Source: a virus
Length of the DNA: 64,000 nucleotides
IMG/VR virus record: IMGVR_UViG_3300037484_000374
Coordinates: 96,001 to 160,000 of that record
Strand: one strand, 5' to 3'
Of this stretch, positions 17,804-25,434 are shown one piece after another (the first letter of the stretch is position 1; the number at the start of each line of letters is the position of its first letter). The translations under genes and the position numbers were made by a program. The notes beneath the pieces are model-generated. The model did not search any database and was not told the DNA's origin. It worked only from the letters and a program-made list of their open reading frames with translations.

Positions 17804-17880
17804 AGCGGTGTAGCTCAGTGGTAGAGCCGTGGTCCTGATAAGGCACAGACTTAAAGTTCGATTCTTTTTCACCGCTACCA
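17804..17880 (+). tRNA. tRNA-Ile(GAT)
   Basis: AGCGGTG/CACCGCT, loop CTGATAA, ACCA. Confidence 0.82.
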
Positions 17881-17899
17881 TTAAATAAAGGATGTTAAT

Positions 17900-18172
17900 A
17901 TGGATGAATTTGTTAAAGTATTTTGTAGGGTTGTAAAGATGCATTGGTACACTTGGAAAGCAAAATATATTCTGGATTCTATTTTGGATGTATGTCGATG
18001 GATAATTTATATTGGTTTCCTTCCAAAGACATTAATTAACTGGACTGTTGGTTGTCATTTGGCAAACTCCAAAAGATTAAGGAAGGTTATTATAGAATCT
18101 GATTTTACAGACATCATAAAATTTGTAGATCGGGCTGATAGAGCCTATAGAAACCTTTACATCGAAGATTAA
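17900..18172 (+). CDS. hypothetical protein
   Basis: AAGGA RBS; resembles 18182-18445. Confidence 0.55.
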   Translation: MDEFVKVFCRVVKMHWYTWKAKYILDSILDVCRWIIYIGFLPKTLINWTVGCHLANSKRLRKVIIESDFTDIIKFVDRADRAYRNLYIED

Positions 18173-18181
18173 AGGAACAAA

Positions 18182-18445
18182 ATGAGTAAGCTAAAAATTG
18201 TTTTGAGGATAGTAAGATTGTACAGATGTACTTTTATAGGAAAGTATTACATACCGTTTTTAAATAAAATCATGGATTGTTTTGTGTTTCTTGGAATTAT
18301 CCACTACGGATTTCACAACCATATTGTTGATAAGATAAAGGAAAACACACAAAGAATAATTGAGATCGCCATAGAAGGTGGTAACCATGACCTTGCTGAT
18401 ATCGCTGATGATCAGAATAAAACAGCAGACGATTTATATATTTAA
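18182..18445 (+). CDS. hypothetical protein
   Basis: AAGGA RBS; possible paralog of 17900-18172. Confidence 0.55.
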   Translation: MSKLKIVLRIVRLYRCTFIGKYYIPFLNKIMDCFVFLGIIHYGFHNHIVDKIKENTQRIIEIAIEGGNHDLADIADDQNKTADDLYI

Positions 18446-18451
18446 ATGTGA

Positions 18452-18524
18452 CGCAAAGTAGACCGGTGTCTGGTGAAGTCTCATAAGCTCTCACGCTGGG
18501 GTTCAATTCCCCACTTTGCATCCA
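18452..18524 (+). tRNA. tRNA with CAT anticodon, initiator-like C1:A72 mismatch
   Basis: CGCAAAG/CTTTGCA, loop CTCATAA, TGGGG-TTCAATT-CCCCA, TCCA. Confidence 0.72.
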
Positions 18525-18535
18525 AATAATTAAAT

Positions 18536-18609
18536 GGGGATATAGTTTAGTGGCAGAACAGCTGTCTTTCTAACAGCCAGCAGGGGTTCGATTCCCCTTA
18601 TCCCTACCA
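18536..18609 (+). tRNA. tRNA with TTC anticodon (Glu), U at position 37
   Basis: GCTGT-CTTTCTA-ACAGC, GGGGATA/TATCCCT, ACCA; identity uncertain. Confidence 0.7.
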
Positions 18610-18680
18610 AAAAAATTTATTTTGTATTTTAAATATTTTTCCATAAAATCCATATAAATACCAATACAAGGAGAAATAAT

Positions 18681-19790
18681 ATGGATGCATATTGGATAAA
18701 CCCACAAGGAAAAATATTACAATTGACAGGGGGGACACATATAAAGATAGTTTTTGATAATCCAAATAAGTTTGGATTATCAAAACAATCAATTCAAAAA
18801 ATATATGATAAATATAACGAAAATTATGGAATAGAAGGAAAGGCGAGAGATGAAATTATCACAAAGATCATCCAACGAGGCTATGTTCGTATCAGAGAAT
18901 ACAAGAACAGGTGGAGCGTTCAGGTATGGAAGATCAATAATAAAGTAAATGATACATTATGGGTATGGGCAAAGACCGTATTACCCAAAGCAAGTGATAA
19001 ATTTGCTGATATAGACATCACAGAAATTGGTGGAAGGAAAGGTTTAATGAGAACATCTTTATCAAAATTGGCAAGTGGTGGAAGTATTTCAGAAGAAGAA
19101 AAAGAATTGGCAGAACGGCATGTTCGTTTTGTAGACTCGATTGATGATTTTGATGATTATGTTCCAGAGACAGAAGAAGAAATATCAGAAAAATATATAG
19201 TCAATGAATCATCATTGTCAAGGCTATGGAAACACAATACAGAACACGATTGTGGGGCTTTAACGGCATGGCGTAGAGCAGAGGGTTGTGGTGAGGGTAG
19301 ATTATATACACATAAGGAAAACCAACAACGTAATAAATCACTCAGAGCAAAATTAATGGCCATGGGCTATTCTGTAACTGTGATATCTGGAAAATACCCA
19401 GAGGGTGGTAAAACATCCAAGGAAGATAGTTATTTTGTCGTTGACATGGATGACGATGGACAGCTTGAAAAGGATTTACTGAAACTCGGAGAAATCTTTG
19501 AGCAGGATTCCATATTGTTTGTTCCAAAGGGTGCTGTTGAAAGAAAACAGAAAGCACTTTTAATAGGAACAAATCATTGTCCTAATGGATTCCCTGGGTA
19601 TGGTAAAAAACTTGAATTTGAAAAGGGCAAATTTGGTGTTAATAGCCCTATATATACATCATATGTTAATGGCCGACCATTTATATTTGAAACTCTTGAG
19701 ATGACAACACTCCACAGGCAAGGTAATGGTATGGGGGTCTGGGCAACATATCTCATAGCAAAAAAAGGTTGGCAAGACATAGACGTATAA
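18681..19790 (+). CDS. late phage protein of unknown function, two domains
   Basis: TATAAATA at 18653, AGGAG RBS, internal KYIVNE-SSLSRL boundary. Confidence 0.7.
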   Translation: MDAYWINPQGKILQLTGGTHIKIVFDNPNKFGLSKQSIQKIYDKYNENYGIEGKARDEIITKIIQRGYVRIREYKNRWSVQVWKINNKVNDTLWVWAKTVLPKASDKFADIDITEIGGRKGLMRTSLSKLASGGSISEEEKELAERHVRFVDSIDDFDDYVPETEEEISEKYIVNESSLSRLWKHNTEHDCGALTAWRRAEGCGEGRLYTHKENQQRNKSLRAKLMAMGYSVTVISGKYPEGGKTSKEDSYFVVDMDDDGQLEKDLLKLGEIFEQDSILFVPKGAVERKQKALLIGTNHCPNGFPGYGKKLEFEKGKFGVNSPIYTSYVNGRPFIFETLEMTTLHRQGNGMGVWATYLIAKKGWQDIDV

Positions 19791-19806
19791 AAATAAGAAC
19801 ACTTTG

Positions 19807-19855
19807 AAAACCCCTCTTTTTCTTTGATATCAAGGAATTGGGGTTTTTCTTTTTT
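19807..19855 (+). terminator. intrinsic terminator
   Basis: AAAACCCC...GGGGTTTT hairpin + T tract. Confidence 0.7.
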
Positions 19856-19904
19856 GTCGTTATTTTAAATTTTTTATATAAATACTATTAAGGGAGTAAC
19901 GAAA

Positions 19905-20186
19905 ATGGAGATTTATGAAAAATATCTTCTTGAAACCTTACCGGATGGCTGGACAAAAGACAGCGTTCAAAAGTTTGCCAAGACGATAGCGGCAAGCACT
20001 GACAAGGAAGGTTTCTTCAAGAAGTGAGTGGAGAGAATGTCACAGCATTTGGATGATGCTGAAATGGTTAACGGTCTTTGTGCCAGTATGCTTGATAAAG
20101 CTAAAGGCAGTACATATTGGAGAGGTTCACATAAGACAGCGGCGCAGGCAAAGAAGGATGTAGCGGCACACCAAAATGTAAAATGA
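19905..20186 (+). CDS. late 93-codon gene with in-frame TGA at codon 41 (selenoprotein candidate or pseudogene)
   Basis: TATAAATA 19877, GGAG RBS, frame open for 52 codons after TGA 20025-20027. Confidence 0.55.
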
Positions 20187-20207
20187 TGCAATTAATGCAG
20201 AGGAAAT

Positions 20208-20417
20208 ATGATACAGGCAAAAATAATCAAGACAGAGACTGAGTACGACCATGCGCTGCTCCGCATTGATGAGTTAATGAATGCGACCCCAGACACGCCG
20301 GAAGGTGATGAGCTTGAGTTGCTTATTACCCTGATTGAGCTTTATGAGGCGAAAGAGTATGCCATTGACCTGCCGGATGCGGTCAGTGCTATAAAATTCC
20401 GTATGGAGCAACAGTAA
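20208..20417 (+). CDS. higA: HigA-type antitoxin N-terminal domain, HTH missing
   Basis: IIKTETEYDHALLRIDELMNATPDTPEGDELELLITLIELYE...LPDAVSAIKFRMEQQ. Confidence 0.8.
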   Translation: MIQAKIIKTETEYDHALLRIDELMNATPDTPEGDELELLITLIELYEAKEYAIDLPDAVSAIKFRMEQQ

Positions 20418-20615
20418 AACAAAATTTTTTCATCAAAATATAAGAAAGAATTAAGCAAAATAGAACGAATAGTATTATTGAAAAATGGTGTGATGATCAT
20501 GGTATGAAATATAGCAATACAAAATATCACATCAGAATGGGAAACAATTATAGATGATATACTATAAAAAAACAGTAAAATATAAATTGTAAAATATGTA
20601 TAAAAAGGATGATAA

Positions 20616-21164
20616 ATGGTAAATGGTAAAGCAAAAGGAAGTGGATATGAGAGACAAATATGTAAACATCTCAGTATTTGGATACAAGGTACCGAAAAAC
20701 CATATCTTTTTTGGAGACAACCGGCAAGTGGTGGATTGTCAACTATAGACGGACGTAATAGTGAAAACTTATCAGGAGATATAAGGTCTATTAATACAAC
20801 TTCGGAATGGTTTTGTGGAATATATAGTGTTGAGATAAAGACCGGTTATCCTGATGCATCACTTGATAAGTTTTTAAAATATAATAAGTCTGACCCCCTT
20901 AGAGCGTTCTGGGTTCAGTGCATAGATGATGCAAATCTTTCCGAGAAAAGACCATTGCTCATCTATAAGAAGAAAGGGATGCCTACCCCTTGGGTTGGTA
21001 TTGATGAAAATGTAAAGAAGATTCTGGCCAAAGAATTAAAAGGTTTGAGGTTTGTGATGTTACATTGGGCAGAAGATTTACCGGACACATATCTTTATGA
21101 GTATAAGGAATTCTTTGATACGATAACACCCGAATTAATGAAGAAAAGGTTTAATATAAAATGA
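20616..21164 (+). CDS. Holliday junction resolvase (Hjc-like PD-(D/E)XK)
   Basis: KAKGSGYER, SGDI, SVEIK, PLLIYKK. Confidence 0.78.
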   Translation: MVNGKAKGSGYERQICKHLSIWIQGTEKPYLFWRQPASGGLSTIDGRNSENLSGDIRSINTTSEWFCGIYSVEIKTGYPDASLDKFLKYNKSDPLRAFWVQCIDDANLSEKRPLLIYKKKGMPTPWVGIDENVKKILAKELKGLRFVMLHWAEDLPDTYLYEYKEFFDTITPELMKKRFNIK

Positions 21165-21406
21165 ATATCCAGATAACACCAACAGAATTTGAAAATCTAA
21201 TGTTGTTATACATTGAAAATATAACAATGAAAAGATCGGAAGCGGTTGGTGACAAGATGGAAACCTTTACAAGTGAAGTAGTAGATAAGGCTATTGATAA
21301 CCTGTTACTTCAAATGCAAACAAATTTCTCCCCGAAAGAGAAGCTAAACGCAAAACGTTTAATCTCTGAAATAACATCGGGTAAAAACATAATTATAATA
21401 ACATAA
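21161..21406 (+). CDS. hypothetical protein
   Basis: coupled ORF; N-terminus resembles next ORF (ITxTPxEF). Confidence 0.55.
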   Translation: MNIQITPTEFENLMLLYIENITMKRSEAVGDKMETFTSEVVDKAIDNLLLQMQTNFSPKEKLNAKRLISEITSGKNIIIIT

Positions 21407-21410
21407 AACT

Positions 21411-21863
21411 ATGAGCAAAATAACAGTAACACCAGATGAGTTTGTTGATTTCGTAATATCGTTTTTGTTAAATAAAATGATACACAAGAAAGAGATGTTG
21501 GGTGATAACGAGAGATTTAACGATATCGTGGAAAGAATGGAGAGAGGTGGTTTGAAATCACATCTTCTACAAGCATTTCTGAAATTCGATTCTCAACAAA
21601 GGATGCAGTTTAAAAGAATAAAAGATGTATTTGAAGGGAAAGATAATGTCAGAAATACTATTGATATTCTCCCAGACAGAACATCCAAAGAAAAAGCTTT
21701 CCGTAACAAGGGTGATAACAGTTTTCTTAATGAAATTATTAAAAGAGTAATAAAAGAGGCGAGGAGCTACAGGATCAGAACAGGTTGTCTTATTTCAAAC
21801 GACAAAATGGAAAGGTTGATTGACAAAGTGTTAACAGAAGAGTATAATAAGGAGAGTAAATAA
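21411..21863 (+). CDS. hypothetical protein
   Basis: 150-aa ORF in operon. Confidence 0.6.
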   Translation: MSKITVTPDEFVDFVISFLLNKMIHKKEMLGDNERFNDIVERMERGGLKSHLLQAFLKFDSQQRMQFKRIKDVFEGKDNVRNTIDILPDRTSKEKAFRNKGDNSFLNEIIKRVIKEARSYRIRTGCLISNDKMERLIDKVLTEEYNKESK

Positions 21864-22207
21864 TGGGTGCATTTACAGATGGAACAACACCAGCAGATTC
21901 AGCGGCGACTGACAAGGGAGTATCAACAGGTACGGTGGCAACAGGAGAAACACCAGAAGGTTTCGCAACAGATGTTGAGGGGTGTAGAGCAGATGCCGAA
22001 GTAAAGGTTGGAACCGAAAATTATCCTGTATTTGATGTTGATGATAAAGAGTTTTATCAGAATATGAAGTACGGACGAAAAAGATTACGATTCGGTGCTG
22101 AGTCAAAAGCTGGAACGTATCTAAGGGGAACCAGATATAAAAGACCATTTTTTGTTCGTCATACTGATCCAAATGGTAAGGCGTATATAAGAAAAATTGA
22201 AAAATAA
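21863..22207 (+). CDS. hypothetical protein
   Basis: AGGAG RBS, TAATG coupling. Confidence 0.6.
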   Translation: MGAFTDGTTPADSAATDKGVSTGTVATGETPEGFATDVEGCRADAEVKVGTENYPVFDVDDKEFYQNMKYGRKRLRFGAESKAGTYLRGTRYKRPFFVRHTDPNGKAYIRKIEK

Positions 22208-22433
22208 TCTCAAACGACAGGTGAGCAAAATACCTAAAAGAAAAAAGAAGGTCTATGGTCATTGTGAACTTTGTAAAAAAAACTTTGATAGTAGTAAAAT
22301 ATATAAAGGTGTTTGTGAAGGTTGTTTAGATGGTATATTAGATACATGGGAAGATATGTATCACAAAAGTGCCTATGGTGATAAACTGAAACGTGTAGTA
22401 TAAATTGTGATTTAAAATAAACAGGTATATAAT

Positions 22434-23366
22434 ATGTCTAAGAAAATTGTGGTTGTTGGTTCAGGTGCAGAGCACTTGGGTATACGCAGTGATATACCTA
22501 TTGTAAATAATAAGTTTGCAAACGGTGAAATAAATTTTCAATACAAGAAAAGTGTGCGTGGTAAAATTGTAAATATAATTCAATCATTTCCAGATACCAA
22601 CAACAATATAATGGAATTGATGTTGATGATCGATGCCGCCAAGAGAGCGGGAGCATCAGCGGTTAATGTTCTTTTAACCATATTCCCATACTCAAGACAG
22701 GACAAGAAACACGATAGTGGTACTCCCATATCAGCCAAAGTTGTATGTGAAATGTTATGTTCTGTCAGACCATCTAGAGTAGTTACAATAGACTTACATG
22801 CCGCACAAATACAGGGGTTCATGCCTAACAAGGTTGGGTTTGATCATATAAATTCTTGTGCGTTCCTCGCATACCATCTCAAAAAACAAATAGACGATAT
22901 AGAAGATTGGGTGTTTTGTTCACCGGACATTGGGGCAGTTAAAGGAACTCTAAAACTCGGTGGTTTATGTGGTGCTCAAGATTATGTAATCATCAACAAG
23001 ACCAGAAAGAAAATAAATGAAGTTGATTCAATGGATGTTATCGGTGAAGTGGGTGGTAGAAAGGTGTTGATATTTGATGATATCATTGATACGGCTGGAA
23101 CCCTTGAGTGTGCTATGAAGAATATATTCAAACTTGGGGCTTCTGATGTGGCCGCTATAGCCACTCATGGGGTGTTTTCTGGACCAGCATTTGATAGATT
23201 AAAAGGTCATAAGGTATATGTTACAAATACTTTACCGATCAGTGAAGATCGACCATCAACGTTAACGGTTTTTAACATTGATAAATTTGTACTTAATATA
23301 ATAAACAGGCTTAATAACGATGAGATGTTAAGTCCTTTATTTGAAAAATGGGAGGAAGTAAAATGA
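22434..23366 (+). CDS. prs: ribose-phosphate pyrophosphokinase
   Basis: FANGE, FPYSRQDKK, IDLHAAQIQGF, SPDIGA, IFDDIIDTAGT, ATHGVFSG. Confidence 0.95.
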   Translation: MSKKIVVVGSGAEHLGIRSDIPIVNNKFANGEINFQYKKSVRGKIVNIIQSFPDTNNNIMELMLMIDAAKRAGASAVNVLLTIFPYSRQDKKHDSGTPISAKVVCEMLCSVRPSRVVTIDLHAAQIQGFMPNKVGFDHINSCAFLAYHLKKQIDDIEDWVFCSPDIGAVKGTLKLGGLCGAQDYVIINKTRKKINEVDSMDVIGEVGGRKVLIFDDIIDTAGTLECAMKNIFKLGASDVAAIATHGVFSGPAFDRLKGHKVYVTNTLPISEDRPSTLTVFNIDKFVLNIINRLNNDEMLSPLFEKWEEVK

Positions 23367-23605
23367 TTAATTTGTTTTTTAATATGATTATTGTTATGTT
23401 TGGGTTGATTATAATGCCTATATTGTCTATTATGGTTTTATATGTACTTGTCGGTGTAATTATAGTCGCTTATCTTATCATTATAATGGCTATCGATTTG
23501 ATTGGTCTATTGATTAGATGGGTATATAACATGTATAATTCAATCATTTCCAGATACCAACATTGGAAATACAATAGACTGTCAATGACAAAGAGAGACA
23601 AATAA
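23363..23605 (+). CDS. small membrane protein
   Basis: long hydrophobic segment, GGAGG RBS. Confidence 0.55.
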   Translation: MINLFFNMIIVMFGLIIMPILSIMVLYVLVGVIIVAYLIIIMAIDLIGLLIRWVYNMYNSIISRYQHWKYNRLSMTKRDK

Positions 23606-24486
23606 TGGCGAAGGTAATGTTCGATTTTAACAACTTGGCTATACGAACAGTTTTCAGTGCTGATGTTCTCACAAGAAATGATAAGAAAGAAATCATCGAT
23701 GTGGATTGGGAAACATGGAGACTTTATACCTTCTCAAGTTTATACGGTGCGTTGTTTGCTGTAAAGAACGTGAGTGAGATTATAGTTGCTATCGATTCTA
23801 AGCCATCGTGGCGGCTTGGGATATGGAATCGATACAAGGAATCTCGGAAAGCAAAACGAGATGTTTCAACTCTCGATTGGGATTTATTTTTTGTAAATTA
23901 CAACCAGCTTATAGCCGATCTAAAGACCCATTTCCCATTTAAGTTTATGGAAGTGCCGAGATGTGAGGCTGATGATATTATAGGGGTTTTGACTCTTAAC
24001 ACAGAAGAGAAGATTCATATCATATCAATGGATAAGGACTTTCTACAATTAAGCTGTGATCGGGTTAGTATATATGATCCCCTTAAAAAAACAAATGTGT
24101 CACATCCAAATCCAGATATTTTCTTGATCGAGCAATGTTTAATTGGCCAGAAAAAAGATGATATCTATAATATTATCACACCCCTTGATCATCCTCATGG
24201 AAAGAGAAAACCAGGGTTTGGTCCAGCGGCACTTGAAAAAGTTATGGTATATGGGTGGTATGGGTGGTTACAAGATAATAATCTGGTTGACCGGTTCAAG
24301 TTCAACCTTCGCCTAATGGATTTCAGAATGATACCGGAAGATGTCAAAGCGACAGTGCTGAAAGAGTATAATGATTATGTTCTTCCACCACCTGATATGA
24401 TTTATAACTTTTTCAAAGATCATGAGTGGCCTACATATATTGAGAAATTAACGGCTGTAGAGAATAACCTATACAGACTATATTAA
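23605..24486 (+). CDS. rnh: T4-like RNase H / 5'-3' exonuclease
   Basis: FDFNN, SWR...YKESR, EADDIIG, ISMDKDFLQL, GQKKDDIYNI. Confidence 0.9.
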   Translation: MAKVMFDFNNLAIRTVFSADVLTRNDKKEIIDVDWETWRLYTFSSLYGALFAVKNVSEIIVAIDSKPSWRLGIWNRYKESRKAKRDVSTLDWDLFFVNYNQLIADLKTHFPFKFMEVPRCEADDIIGVLTLNTEEKIHIISMDKDFLQLSCDRVSIYDPLKKTNVSHPNPDIFLIEQCLIGQKKDDIYNIITPLDHPHGKRKPGFGPAALEKVMVYGWYGWLQDNNLVDRFKFNLRLMDFRMIPEDVKATVLKEYNDYVLPPPDMIYNFFKDHEWPTYIEKLTAVENNLYRLY

Positions 24487-24715
24487 CTCGCAAAATGTGG
24501 CGATATAACGAGACTATCTGGGGTTAAGTCGCAACACATGCCGACTCGACTTAAATCAAAATAGGGTAAGAAAAAGTTTTACCCTATCAAAAATTTAAAA
24601 ATATTTTATGTAGCAAAATAGGATACTTATATATAACGGTACTGATATTACTACTAAAATTTTTTGAGACTATTTAGAACAACTTTTATAAATAAAACTG
24701 TAAGAAGGAGAAAAC

Positions 24716-25153
24716 ATGATATTGAATGTTGTTTATTTACCTCATTATTTCGGTGATCTTCTCAGATATGAAACCGATGGAAGTTCTGGTTTTGACTTGA
24801 GGGCAAGTGAGGGTGGTAGATTAAGATCACTGCAAAGGACTATTGTTAAAACAGGGTTGAAAATAGGAATCCCATCAGGTTTTGAAATGCAGATAAGACC
24901 ACGTTCTGGTTGTGCTATAAAAAACGGATTAACCATTATTAATTCTCCTGGGACAATAGATTCTGATTTCACCGGAGAAATTGGAATTCTATTAATCAAC
25001 CTATCGGATGGAGATCAGATTTGGGAGGCTGGTGATAGATTGGCACAGGGTGTTATATGTCCAGTTGTGCATGTTGTTAGATTTTGGCCGGTTGAGGAAT
25101 TGGATGAAACAGAACGAGGTAATGGTGCTTATAACAGCACCGGAAGGAAATAA
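24716..25153 (+). CDS. dut: dUTPase (trimeric)
   Basis: SGFDL, QIRPRSG, GTIDSDFTGEI, GDRLAQ, RGNGAYNSTG. Confidence 0.95.
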   Translation: MILNVVYLPHYFGDLLRYETDGSSGFDLRASEGGRLRSLQRTIVKTGLKIGIPSGFEMQIRPRSGCAIKNGLTIINSPGTIDSDFTGEIGILLINLSDGDQIWEAGDRLAQGVICPVVHVVRFWPVEELDETERGNGAYNSTGRK

Positions 25154-25434
25154 AATGTCAGTAGATATTAATAAGATGTTACAGGATTCGATGGTCATCA
25201 CATAGCAAGACGAACAAGAGAAATATTGGGGTATAAGAAGGGTGATCTAAAATGTTGTATGTGTGGAAATATGGAAGCAACAAATAACAGACAACGAACA
25301 GCGTATCCAGATTCGGATAATATGTGTGTATTGTGTCCAGTTTGTCAAGAGGACGCAGATAAACATTGGGATGAAGTGTGGGCTGACTACTACTCATCAA
25401 GAATGTAAAAAATTAAACTAATAAAGGGGAGTTA

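Noticed and set aside
10898-18792. Minus-strand ORFs overlapping tRNAs (10898, 11013, 11818, 12285, 14958, 17278, 17469, 18297)
   Set aside because: Antisense shadows of tRNA genes with no RBS or protein-like features.
22434-23366. prs as part of an NAD-reconstitution anti-defence pathway
   Set aside because: Motifs are those of ordinary PRPP synthetase and no Nampt/Namat-like partner is adjacent in this window.
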